A DNA stretch of 64,000 bases from Takakia lepidozioides. Its lineage: Eukaryota; Plantae; Bryophyta. Shown here piece by piece: positions 39,100 through 51,681 of this stretch; the first letter of the stretch is position 1, and each line of letters begins with the position of its first letter. The translations under genes were made by a program, and so were the position numbers. Location of the stretch: NCBI GenBank assembly GCA_030704615.1, contig CM060733.1, forward strand, positions 59,892,001-59,956,000, written 5' to 3'. The notes below the pieces were generated by a model that did no database searches, was not told where the DNA came from, and saw only the letters and a program-made list of their open reading frames with translations.

Positions 39100-39480
39100 C
39101 AACCAATGTCAACAATCATATTTACGGTAAGGTATTTCATGCTATTGTTGTTCCTCAAGCTGAATTCTGTAGTACTTTTTTTGTTATTCCCATGCCAACA
39201 TCCTCTGATACTGTCATGTTCAAACGGACGTATCAGCCACCCCGGCCAACTTGCAAGCTGCAGCCATGGCCCACCATAAATTGAATGAATTGAAGATTTT
39301 GTGCGAAATTCCTGGTTTCATGTCCGTGGTGGCTGATACGGAATTCGGAATATGGCAGTCGCAGTGGACCTGATGTTGTTGGCATGGGAGTAGCAAAACG
39401 ATTCCTAAATAATTCTGCTACATGAACATCGGCAGTATGAAACACCTTGCAGTAGATATAATTCTTGAGATTGTTTGCAC
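39100..39480. repeat. Second, more diverged fold-back inverted repeat
   Basis: CCCATGCCAACA/TGTTGGCATGGG and CGTATCAGCCACC/GGTGGCTGATACG. Both arms translate to similar peptides (NHIYGKVFHA...PMPT vs NYIYCKVFHT...PMPT). Confidence 0.8.
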
Positions 39481-40124
39481 GGATTATTTGTGTTTGTGCT
39501 TTCAAGTGGCGAACATTTCCGCCATGGTGCGGAAGACGTGCATTGGCCACATTAAACGGTTGATGTGATACCATTTCACAAATGTATCACATCGCATTTG
39601 TGAAAATGTATCACATGAACCGTTCCATGTGGCCTATGGGAGTCTTCGATGGGTACGAGATCAATGTGGCCTACGAGATCTGCTTCCACCAACAAACATG
39701 TGATCATTTCAGAAGCGCTAAAACTTTGAAGCGACGATGGGCAAAGTTCTTCATTCAGATGTTTAACATGCTGAGATCTTATGTAATGTCTCTTGCTTCG
39801 TAATGAGGTGCTTCTCCAACTCTTATTTTTCCAATGCTAATATCTTTCATTTGGAACATATCCACACATGCGTATATAACTTAAAAAAACAAATGACCAT
39901 AAAAACTGGAAGCTGGGGATGAGGCTTATAAAAGTTAAGATGGTTATTTGTTTTTTTAAAGATTTCTGCACACATATGTGGATCTGTTCCAGGTGGAGAA
40001 TATTAACATATTGGATAAAGTGGACATGGATAAGCACCGCATTACGAGGCAGGAGACACTACAAAAAGAGCTTCAAATGACATACCATGTAACAGGTCAT
40101 AGTATAATCGAAGACGAAACCCCA

Positions 40125-41495
40125 TTCATTCAATGGGCGATTGAATGGTTGCCCATCCAAATGATTTTCGTTTGTTTTCAATCTTTGCCACTATGTTCAA
40201 CATAACATGTATCAGGTCCCGGACTAATATCAGATCAATCGAAATTCATTCGATGGCTCAACGGATGGTTGGCCATCGAAATGATTTTGGTTCGCTTTGA
40301 GACTTGGCCACTGTGTTCAATGTGCCATGTAAGAGGCCCCAAAGTAATATGAGATCAATCGAAATTCGTTCAATGGGCCAACGGATGGTTGCCCATCCAA
40401 ATGATTTTCGTTCGCTTTGAAACTTGGCAGTGTGTTCAATGTAGCCTCTGATACGTCCCAGTGTAATACGAGATCAATCAAAAATCGTTTGATTGTCCAA
40501 TGAGGCGTTCACTTGTCATCTGGTTTTTGTTCAATGCGAAAAAGAAATCCTGCAATGTGTGCACGGCTATTGCACCCATTGAACGGATGTGGTTGAAGCC
40601 CCTCTTTTGCCCGCATGTGCTTAAACATGTGTGCGACACATGTGCGGAGACACAACAGATGAATAAATCATCTGCCTCCCCATCGACGCTCTCCCCCCTC
40701 AAGCCATTCCACAATTTAATTGAATTTAAATTTATTTTAAGCTAATAAATAGGTTTGCACTGCCTTTCAGTGGGGGTTTTGCGCACGTATCGATTTTGTT
40801 TTTGGCTCAATTTTGTTCTGCGGCTTCCAACATCCCACGGCTACTCCCCTGCCAAAATTTGGACCAATAAAAAATGCCCCCCAAAAAAAATGTTTTCTTT
40901 GCTCACTATTGCAGAACTCTCTGTGAAGAGTGCATGAAGTAGAACACAAATCAAGTTTGGAGTGCAAAACAGGGAAGAAACTGTGGTTTTGGGTCCAAAT
41001 GAATTTTGATCGCTCCCAAATTTGGCACACACGTTGCATATAGCTACATTACACGCCCCATTCAAAAACGGAATGAAAAAAAATCGTGAGCACGCGAAAT
41101 ACAGTCCAACAGATCCCAAAGCAATAGCAGTTCCAACAGAATACATTCAACGGGTGAACGGATGGTTGCCTATCCAAATCATTTTTGTTAGCTTCCAAAC
41201 TTTGCCAGCACGTTCTAGACACCCTCTCACAGGTCCCGGACTAATATAAGATCAATCGAAATGGCTCAACGGATGGTTGGCCATCGAAATGATTTTGGTT
41301 CGCTTTGAGACTTGGCCACTATGTTCAATGTGCCATGTAAGAGGCCCCAGAGTAATATGAGTTCAATCAAAATACGTTCAATGGGCCAACGGATGGTTGC
41401 CCATCCAAATGATTTTCGTTCGCTTTGAAACTTGGCTAGTGTGTTCAATGTAGCCTCTGATACGTCCCAGTGTAATATGAGATCAATCGAAATTA
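40125..41495 (+). repeat. ~120-bp tandem repeat in two blocks (40125-40500, 41148-41495)
   Basis: CAACGGATGGTTG.CCATC.AAATGATTTT...GATCAATCGAAAT occurs about 6 times; 40255-40480 is nearly identical to 41264-41492. Confidence 0.9.
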
Positions 41496-41932
41496 TTTTG
41501 TGCTTTGAGAACTTTGTGGGTATGTTCGTAGAAAGATCATAGATTTTGCGAAATGATTCTGAAATACGTAGGGACCAGACGAAATTTGTTTGGAAGATGA
41601 CCGTTCGTAACTCATTTGTTAACATCAATTTTCCTTGTTCTCCAGCTTTCAGAGTTCATTGCAAATACCCATATACATGTCATGACCAAATATGACACCA
41701 TTGTAAATTTGTTTACAGAGTGAACTACTTCTTTCCCATCACACGAGTGTAAATGTGAAGAAAACGTTGCTCATGCAATTGAAATTGGCAGGTGCCGCAC
41801 ATGTGCATTGTGTATTAACAAAATTGGTGATATACAAAATTGGCGGAATGCCATCACTGTGTTTTCCAACAATATTCAAGGTACAACAAAAATGCATATT
41901 GTATATGTACTACGCTGCCAGTCATTAAAAAC

Positions 41933-44267
41933 CTAGTCGTCACTGTCCGAGGATGTGGAATTTGATGTTGTGGCCTGATTGGCACTGCCAATTGCCAGAA
42001 CTTGCGACCGTGATCTCGTGGTCAATGAGGGGCCCAATGACATGTGATCAATTCTGGCCTGCATCCGCCTATTTCGCCGCAAAAGTTGACTTTCTTCTTC
42101 ACTCTCACGACGTGGCGGAGGTGGATCGAGAACAAGTGCTCGGGCTGCATGCAAATCGGCAACAAGGCCGTCCACATCCGACAATACAGCCCCCGAAATA
42201 CGACGATAACGGTCTGTCCATAATTGCCTCCATATCTCTACAACTGCCTTGATGGTACTTTTGAAACTTTCCAACTGCCTCTCGTGGGCCCTGTCCCTAA
42301 TCATTGTGTCGTTTCGACGATAAGCCGCCTCGTACGCATCATTTATTCGGCGTTGACATATTATAGCATCTTCCAGTTCGGACAGCAACAAATCTCTCCC
42401 AATCGGTTGTCGGTCATACAATTCGTTCTCTTCTGGCACCCATAGAACCTGTGGGAGCCAGATAAACCTGGACCTTCTTTGACTCCAATGCCCTCCCAGA
42501 TTGCGGCAAAACTGCTCTCTCTCCCGCCAATCTCGAATGCCTCCCGCACGTATGGTTATCTCCCAATCAGATGTGACCCAGAAATACTGGGGATCTTTGA
42601 TGTATGCCGGGTTTCCGGCATGTATGCCATGCATCTCTCTGTCTGCATCCCATATCAAGTTCTTGCCCCAATGCACATAATTCAGAAATGTGCATGGTAG
42701 ACATCCAATGGGAGGTTGTGTCGATTGTATTCAAAACCTATGGGCATCCGATCCTCCAAGCCCACTAGCTCATAGAAACGGCGATGGATTGGTGTACGGC
42801 ATTCTGGGCAAGTGCTCGTCCGCAAGGCTTATAGGATAAGACATATGAGATGGAACATATGTCCACATGATCCAAGCACATGACATCCCTCTGGGCCGTA
42901 TGGATTTCTACACATCGAACAAACTGTGTCATCTGATATCCATGACGGTAAAACGCCTCGTGGTATCTCCTCCCTTTGGGCCGGTTTGATGGGGTTGGTC
43001 ATCCTTGTTGTGGTGTCTCACTCTTCCTCTATCTCCAATTCCCAGTTTATGCTTCTGTTTGACCCCGAAATTCTGTGCTCACATCGATCGAATATAGAAT
43101 CCACACTGCCCAATTGGTATACCCGGCGAACATGCTTGATGCGATGCGGAGATCGTTATACCTTTACATGTTGGCATAAATGTTATCCACGCTACGGTTC
43201 GACATGCGTGTGACATGTTGCAAGCCTGACAATGCCCGCTCTACCCGTGCTTCTCTGGAGGCCAAATGGGTCGCCCATTGTACCCAATTCTCCCAATCGC
43301 CATTCAATGGGACCCATGCCTGAATCTCCAGCGTTTTGGATAAGCGCCATGCAGTTGTCATGGCAATGTCCCGCTCTTTTGTAACGCAGTCGACATCTAA
43401 TATCGGGTTCATCTCCGATTGAATGGCGACCCTCGAGCATTCCCCGGTTTCCAGTACTGGTTCTTTTCATTTCCTCCTTCTTTCATCCGCAATTCGTTGT
43501 TCCTCAACCATGGTTTCATCGGCCACAGGGTCAAGGACGTCCGTAACTTCCTGAATGATGAGGTCAATACTGCGATTGGGCATCGCAAACTCCGCGTCCA
43601 TGTCCACGACGTTTGTTCGATCCTCCTTGTGGACAACAGTGCCTTCATTGTTTGGAGGCATGTCTTGCAATCTAGCTTCCAACTCGGCTATGCGCAGTGT
43701 TTGCCAGTCTAGTCGGTCCTGCAGGGTCCTGATTCGCTGGTCTCTTTCCGTTAGTTGTTCCTCTAACGTTGTAGCCGGTTGTATTCCGAACGTGTCCGGA
43801 ATGTACTCCAAATCGTATAGCAACCTTGCGTTCCTTCTACTAGCAGTTTGTCAATTCACTGGATGCAAGAGTATGATCTCCACGTACAACATGGCTGCCA
43901 AGGTATACGAGATTTGACCCTTTAAGAGAGGTTGACCCCACAATGTGCAATGCACCTCATTCGCCCTATGCTGGAAATGCAAGTTCGTGCAAGACTTGGA
44001 CTCTGCGTAATTGTTTCGGGTTTGCACGTCATGCCTATCCAAAGGCCACAATTGATTGATGTGGTACCATTTCACGAATTTTTTGCATCTCGCCATCGGC
44101 CACTGGAACTCTTCCGGAACATCCTCCCAGCCCTCTTCTGCTGGTATGGTAGGGTCACCAAATACTTCCCAATTCAAGTCTTGCCTTGACTTGATTTTCT
44201 TAGGGGCGGTCCATGTTCAGTGGGGTCACCTTTTTCATGACGGTCATCGTCTTGGCTCTCTGCCATT
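41933..44267 (-). pseudogene. Fragmented gene of unknown function (Trp/Arg/Glu-rich, coiled-coil segments)
   Basis: Collinear minus-strand ORFs 44177-43851, 43823-43467, 43648-43409, 43412-43164 and 42676-41933 with coding-like composition. ATG at ~44267 lies just downstream of array B. No family recognised. Confidence 0.55.
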
Positions 44268-44635
44268 TTACAACAATCGGAGCAACACTAAACGAGGTTT
44301 TCTAAAAAGACGTAACTCTAAACCCTTCCCCCGTTAAGTAGGTTTGAGTAGGTGTCAAAATAGTTCCTAAAAGCTAATTTTGTAGAATAAAATGATCCTG
44401 GAGGTCAGATGAGGGCCTATGGGAGCATTCTGCAACGACCTCACAGAAATCGCGGCAAAAAATATCCCCCACCTAACCAATGGCCTCCTTCTCCACGTGA
44501 CTACGTGTCGTGGAAAAATGAAATGCCACGCGCACAGAAGTTGGGTGGAGAGGAAATGAGGGGAGAATAAGCCTCCCTTCGCTTATATCCCCCCCGCCCT
44601 CATTTCTCGGGCCACGTACAGGGCGAATCTTCTAG

Positions 44636-46552
44636 AAGCGACCGCCAACTTGGAGGTCGCTCGATTTTCCGGAAAATAAAAAATAAGTGACCGCCAGAAC
44701 TAGCGGTCGCTCCATTTTCTGGATAAATAAAAAAATTGCGACCACCAGAACGAGCGGTCGCTCCATTTTTCGGAAATAAAAAAAAAAAACGACCGCCAAC
44801 ATAAGCGGTCGCTTCATTTAATAAATAAATAAGCGACCGCCAGCATAGGCGGTCCCTTCATTTTCAAAACATTTTAAGAAAAAAAGCGACCGCCAACATA
44901 GGCGGTCGCTTCATTTTCAAAAACTTTAAAACAAAAAAACCGACCGCCAACATAGGCCGGTCGCTTCATTAATTTAAAAATTAAAAATTAAAAAACGACC
45001 GCCAACATAGGCGGTCGCTTCATTAATTTAAGAAAAAAAAAAAAAAAAAAACGACCGCCAGCATAGGCAGTCGCTTTATTTTCAAAAACTTTAAAATAAA
45101 TAAGCGACCGCCAACATAGGCGGTCGCTTCATTTTCAAAGCATTTAAAATAAATAAGTGACCGCCAACATAGGCGGTCGCTTCATTTTCAAAAACTTTAA
45201 AACAAAAAAAACGACCGCCAACATAGGCGGTCGCTTCATTTTAAAAAACAAAAAAACCGACCGCCAACATAGGCGGTCGCTTCATTAAAATAAAAAATAA
45301 TAACCGCCTGCATAGGCGTTCGCTTCATTTTCAAAACATTTAAAATAAATAACCGACCGCCAACATAGGCGGTCGTTTCATTTTCAAAAACTTTAAAATA
45401 AATAACCGACCGCCAACATAGGCGGTCGCTTCATTTTCAAAAACTTTAAAAAAATAAGCGACCGCCAACATAGGCGGTCGCTTCATTTTTTTTTAAATTA
45501 AAAAAACAAGCGACCGCCAGCAGAGGCGGTCGCTTCATTTTCAAAACATTTAAAATAAATAAGCGACCACCAACATAGGCGGTCGCTTCATTTTTTATAA
45601 AAAAAAAAAAAGCATAGGCAGTCGTTTCATTTTCAAAACATTTAAAATAAATAAGCGACCGCCAACATAGGCGGTCGCTTCATTTTCAAAAACTTAAAAT
45701 AAATAAGCGACCGCCAACATAGACGGTCGTTTCATTTTCAAAAACTTTAAAACAAATAAACGACCGCCAACCTAGGCGGTCACTTCATTTCCAAAATAAT
45801 TAAAATAAAAGCGACCGCCAGTAATGGCGGTCGCTGCATCTTAAAAAATAACCATTACAGCGACCGCCAGAAATGGCGGTCGCTGCATTTTGTAAAAACA
45901 AAAACTGGCAGTAGTGGAAGTGAGGGGAGAATAACCGGGGGCTTATATCCCCCCCCCCCCCCCCGCCTCATTCCTTGCTCCACACGCAGGGCAGACCTCG
46001 TAGAAGCGACCGCCACCATGGCGGTCGCTCCATTGAAAAACAAAAAAAAACGACCGCCACAAATGGCGGTCGCTCCATTTCGCCAAAAAAAAGAATAAAA
46101 AACGACTGCCTGTAATGGCGGTCGCTGCATTTATAAAAACAAAAAAAAAACTTCAAGTGAAGTGAAGGGAGAATGTCCCGGAGCTAATCTGCCCCCCGCC
46201 TCACTCCTCGCTCCATGCGCAGGGCACACTTCGTAGAAGCGACTGCCACCTTGGCGGTCGCTCCATTTTCATTTTCAAAACAATTAAAATATAAGCGACC
46301 GCCAAAAATGGCGGTCGCTCCATTTCCAACCAAATTTCAATAAAAACATTACAAAAAACAACAATAACGGCGACCGCCCCTAATGGCGGTCGCTCCATTT
46401 TGATCCAAAAAAACAAAAAAACGACCGCCAGTAACGGCGGTCGTTTCATTTCCAAAATAATGACTGGGAGCTTATATGCCCCCCCCCTCTCATTCTTCGC
46501 TCCACGCGGAGGGCAGACCTCGTAGAAGCGACCGCCACCTTGGCGGTCGCTC
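44636..46552. repeat. Palindrome array B: ~33 copies of GCGACCGCC-N6-GGCGGTCGC with A-rich linkers
   Basis: Consensus AGCGACCGCCAACATAGGCGGTCGCTTCATTTT, period ~45-56 bp. A larger module (GCTTATAT-C-run...CAGGGC...TAGAAGCGAC) recurs at ~44560, 45925, 46165 and 46465. Confidence 0.95.
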
Positions 46553-46989
46553 CATTTAAATAAAAATGAATGCACAGTTGGAAACATGGCACAATTGTTC
46601 TCCATTCCACAAGCAAATCACCGAACACAAACATGAGCAAGTGACGGTGCCTTTGGCCGACATTTTGGCTGGTATACATATGGGCAACATCTTTTATTTT
46701 CCAACACATACATAACAGCAATACAAATACTCATAGTGACAATGATCACATTGGTATTACTTTAGTACAGAAATATAAACATGTCCACTAAAAAGTGCTG
46801 ATGCATGCCTCCAGCTGTTTTGCTTCAATTCCTTCTACTGCTTCGACGGCAGGACGAAGAAGATCCTAATCCTAATGCTCCGATGGGTTGAAAATCCGTG
46901 TCACCCTCGACTTCACCACCGTCGTCATGATCAGTGCTGGAATCGTCCTCCCTATCCAACCTCATATATCCAGGCCTTTGAATCTGCAT

Positions 46990-49850
46990 GCGACCTCGAA
47001 CCACATTTAGTTATCTCTGAGGTCGACTCCCGCTCCGGTCTTGAATACCATCCACGGTATCTGGCTTGTTTGTGGGCCGATCGCCTACAAAAGGTTGAAC
47101 TGTTCTCTGTCGTTTATGGACTTGAGACGCAATCGAAGGTGGTCTTGAAGGAAATACCGAAGGGGGGACTGCCCAAGATGGACCGGCATTAGATGGTCCG
47201 GCATGTGAGGAACCATGGGTCTGCTGCGCAACACGTCGGTTAAGGTGAAATTGTAGTGGCAGGTTGTCATCATCCGAGGCTTCAACTTCCGCCCGGTCCA
47301 ATGCAGCAAAATGATGCATGAGTGTGGAAAACAGATCAACCCTGTTGCTCCTTAATGCCCGCTGTGTTGATGGGGAGCTGGATCGGTTTTGGCATTGTGG
47401 TAGAGCTGGTTGTATCGGTGAGGCATGATCTCGTCCCGTCGACTGTACAATGGGTTCGACACCATCGTTTGTATGAACAGGGTTGCGTGTGTTGATCGGT
47501 CCTGGCAGTAAATCACCCCTAAACTCCATTGGGGCACTACCGGTGGCTTCAACGTGTAGTGGGGGGCGAGGGTCGACCCCAACTTCATTTTGAGGACCAT
47601 GTTCTGGGGATGACACAATTACAACTTCACCTTCATCTGCGATACGCACTTCTTCAAGAAGGTCATCAAAGGTCGGCTGGATATAAACATCCTCCTCTGT
47701 GAATGTAAACGGGTCATACGCATTTTCGGGAGCATCATCGGATCCATCTTTATTATCGGAGGCAGATGATTCCCTCTGATATGATTATCTCTGAGGCTCA
47801 GTATCGTCACTCATCGAATCAGCCTCAGAAATAAAGTATTCGGAATGCAAATTCCTCTCATACCATACTGCAGCATCATCCGCTGCCCTCTCACGTAGCA
47901 GTCGGCAATTGGTATACACATACTCCAATTTGTCAGCCCTCGCAGAATTCAACCTGTTGCGAATCTTTTTGTGAACAAATGAGTAACTGCTCCAATTGCA
48001 TTCGCAAGATGAGACAGAGTACACTTGAGCAAGAATACGCTTCGCAATGGGAGCCAATGTTCTTGCTCCAGCTCCAATCAGATCCCACCATTCATGTGGC
48101 AGCATATTGAGCTCTTTTGGATCCGGCATGTCCTCATAAAGGTCGCGGCGATCTGAGAAGCATTGGTACTCGGATATAGCTCTCTCTGCATGGTTCGGCG
48201 GAGCCAGTCGCATGAGCACTCACACGAGGCCGGCCTTGGCATCAGCGTCGTCTCGAAGCATGGTATTGTCGAGCAAGAATGGATTGAACAAAGCCCCCGC
48301 ATAATGCAAGTCCGTTCGAACCATCGAACGACGGTCGTAAAATGCATCCTTAGCATTGTCCGCAAGTTCAGGTTCCAAGGAGAAGGGAAGATGCCTCAAG
48401 GATTGGACATGCTTATCAAGATTTTGCATTAGTAACCATGTCTTACTCATTACTGGTTGTTTTCCATCAAACTCCCGCAAGACGATTAACACCGGCTCAA
48501 CAATATAAACAAAGTTTTTACATTTCTTCCAAAAATCATCGCTGCGAATGTTATTTCGAACTTTTCGACTTTTGCCTAATGACTTGGCTTTTTCTGGAGT
48601 CCCACAATGTCCGTGTGTACGCATCCCATTGAGGATCGATGATGGTATGCTCCAGACTGCTCTTGACCGTTACCAACCGATCCACCATCAAGAAGTTAGT
48701 GACAAAACGAGTTTCGTCTGGATTGCGGAGGCAGTATTTGGGTTCGTGCCTCCTATATATTGCCAAAGGTATGTGGTGTGTGCGGATGAACGATATAATA
48801 GTCTTCGCTCGCTTGACAAGTTGTTTCACCCACTGTTCTTTTCCCCAATCTTCCAAAAGAATGTCAAGGATATGAACAGCACAACCTTGATAGTACATAG
48901 GGGATAACGTGCCAACAACATGTCTTCAGTGTTTCTCATGTTAGCGGCATTGTCTGTGCATATTTGCACGATTCTATCACTTCCGATCTGTTCGATGAAG
49001 TCCGTCAATAATTGGCATTGATAACGTCCATCTTTCTTCTTACCGCTAGTGTCAACCGATCCCAAGAATTGTTCCCCAGCTGGACATACGAGCATGACAT
49101 TGAATAACGGTATGTTTGTGACAAAACTCCAACCATCGGCACATATAGTGCTTCAATATTTTCTGATGCACTCGCCCGTCCTATCGTTGACTTTTTGGGT
49201 AAGCTCGGTCATGGCGTCTTTTAGCAATCCTGTGCGGAGATTGTGATAAGTCGGAAGCACGTACGTGGATCTGGACTCCGAGGTTGCTCTAACGGGAGAA
49301 ACAAATGCCGGAAGTCTTGCCACATTAAATGGTATGTTGGTCTCGAAGAAAAACTGCACCCATTTTTTATCCAACTGTCTTTTCGCAGACAAGTTAAGAC
49401 CTTCTTGAATGGATTGCTGCCGTAATCCTCTACTCCGTTGAAGTGTAGGGGTACAAAGAGGTGTTGAAGCAGGTGTTGCTCCGGCACAACCCACTTGTCC
49501 AAGGACACCCGAAGCCTCATAAGAGTCGCCCTGGGTACTAATCGGGGCATCCTGACGGGAAGATGGAGTATTCTGCTCAGAGGTCATGTCCAGATCCAAA
49601 GACATTGGAACATTGCCTCCACACTGGGCAAAATGGTTTTTTACCCACATAGATGCTTTGGGGGCATAAACCCACCTCAGCGCTCTTCACACCTTTATAG
49701 CCGAGGTGAGCGAGCAACCGATCCGTACGATAAGAAAGTTTTAATCCACATAGATTGCACTCAACACTACTAGTGGCACTGACAGTGTTCGGGATTGTCG
49801 TATACCAAGGAATTCATTCCTCCCTCATCTTCACCCAATATCTACTCCTC
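46990..49850 (-). pseudogene. hAT transposase (BED finger, DUF659-type core, dimerisation domain, acidic tail)
   Basis: ECNLCG...RLLAHLG...CP (BED), FFFETNIPFNVA, DGWS, TDNAANM, CAVHILDILLED, TRF, EWW, SSCECNWS...RNRL. Several stops and frameshifts. Confidence 0.92.
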
Positions 49851-50263
49851 TGGGACCTAGTGATGCAAGCAACAAAAAACAGTCACCTATAAATGAACGT
49901 GTTATGAATGTAGAGTGCAATGTGATAGCCCAAACACTTCTACACCTGTCAGCAACCCAAGTGGGTCGATGTGGGTTGTAGTGTTAAGCTTATACACAAT
50001 CTGCTGAAGTGGCTTTGGTGGAAGCCACAACGGCAAAATGTGCGCACCATCCTCTTGGGCTACACTCTCGTTCAATGGAAGAGAACATTCAAAGCAACCT
50101 CAAGTGTTTGCGCCAAAAGAAGTGAGGAGCTTGGTGACCCTCCTCCCTTACATATGATCCAGGAGGGATGAAAATGAAATGAAAGTGAAATGAATAAATG
50201 ACGAACCAATAGCGCCCACCCGAAAAAGGCTGTACAACCATATTTGTTGTAATTTTGAAATTA

Positions 50264-50632
50264 AGCGACCGTTAATACTACAGTCGCTATTTAAAAAATA
50301 AAATGAAAAACAAGTGACCGCCACCACTGCGGTCGCTTTTATTTTCTTTCATTTAGTGCAATATTGCGGTCACTTCTATTTTGTATATTTTTAAATTTAA
50401 GCGACCGCCCGTATGGCGGTAGCTTTATTGTTAATATATTTAAAATAAAACTTTTATTTTTAATATTTAAAAAAAAACGCGACCGCCAGTAAGGCGGTCG
50501 CTTTTAATCTTTATATTTTATGGCGGTCGCTGTTTTTTTTATATATTTTTGAAATTATCCGACTGCCATATGGCGGTCGCTTGTTCTGTACATATTTACA
50601 AAATTGTGCGACCGCCAATACGGCAGTGGCTT
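50264..50632. repeat. Palindrome array C (same GCGACCGCC/GGCGGTCGC motif, ~8 copies)
   Basis: Read directly; ends where the RT fragment begins. Confidence 0.9.
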
Positions 50633-50690
50633 GTTTTTTTTTCTAACATGACATGACATGTTTTTTTGCATGTTAACATGTCATGTCATA

Positions 50691-51681
50691 ACAGATCTGT
50701 CAAGTAGACAACTTCCTCGAGATGTGCTTCTATTCACCTTTGATGTGGAGTCATTGTACCCTAGTATTCCTACTGCGGACGGGCTTCGACGATTGAAGGA
50801 CATGATTACTAGCAAGCTCAAGTCACCCCGGTTTGAAGGAGACTCGTCATGAGTCTTTCTCACATGGTCTTGGAGAACAACTATCTTCAATTTGGCTCGA
50901 GCTATTGGCATCAAATCCGAGGCACTGCAGTGGGTAGCAATTTTGCTATTGTATATGCTTGTCTCTTTCTTTGCAGCTTAGAAAGAGAGTTGGCTTGCGT
51001 AGCAAGATGTATATGGCCTTTGTACTACAAGAGATACATCGATGACGGATTTGGAATCTGGAAAGGATCTCGGGCAAGTTTGGAGACTTGGCTCGATCGA
51101 TACAATCTCAGTCCCACAATTCGCATTGATCTCTGACTCTACTGTTGACATTCTTGATATTCAATTCTTCAAGGGAGCTGATTTTGTCAATAGTGGGATT
51201 CTATCTTCGAGATGTCATCAGAAGACACTCAATAGATATCAGTACTTGCCATGGACGTCCTGTCATCCGCAACACCAAAAACGAGCATTCACCATTGGTG
51301 AGCTACGCCGATACACTTTGAGAGAAAACACATGTGCAGGTTTTTCAGAGATCAGACGACTGTTCTATGAACGACTGCGTGCTCGAGGCTATCCAAAGTC
51401 TTTTATCTTAGAGTGTTTTAGTCTATGTGACTACGCACAACGTGCTACACTGTTAGCTTCAGAATCCACTCGTAAGTTGATGGATAAGCGGGCCCCCTTG
51501 GTTCTGAAAATTGAGCATTCTCGATATACTCAAAACTCTAAACCTTGGGGGAGTCCTAAACCCTAAACTGCATCAGCATCTTCTGAAAGTTCCGTAGTTA
51601 GCATCTTTTGACAAACTTATGGTTTGTTGGAAAAAAACGAGGAATTTACGTTCCTATTTAGTTCGTGCTAAGTTACAATAG
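50691..51681 (+). mobile_element. 5'-truncated Penelope-like retroelement reverse transcriptase
   Basis: FDVESLYPSIP, LENNYLQF...QIRGTAVGS, RYIDDGFGIW, LDI, YLPWTSCHP, RARGYP and RNLRSYLVRA are the PLE-type RT and thumb motifs. Three frameshifts. Confidence 0.88.

Noticed and set aside
44636-46552. CRISPR array (palindromic repeat with regular spacing)
   Set aside because: The linkers are low-complexity A-rich and resemble each other rather than being unique spacers. There are no cas genes and the context is eukaryotic with introns. The same applies to arrays at 35975, 50264 and 63518.
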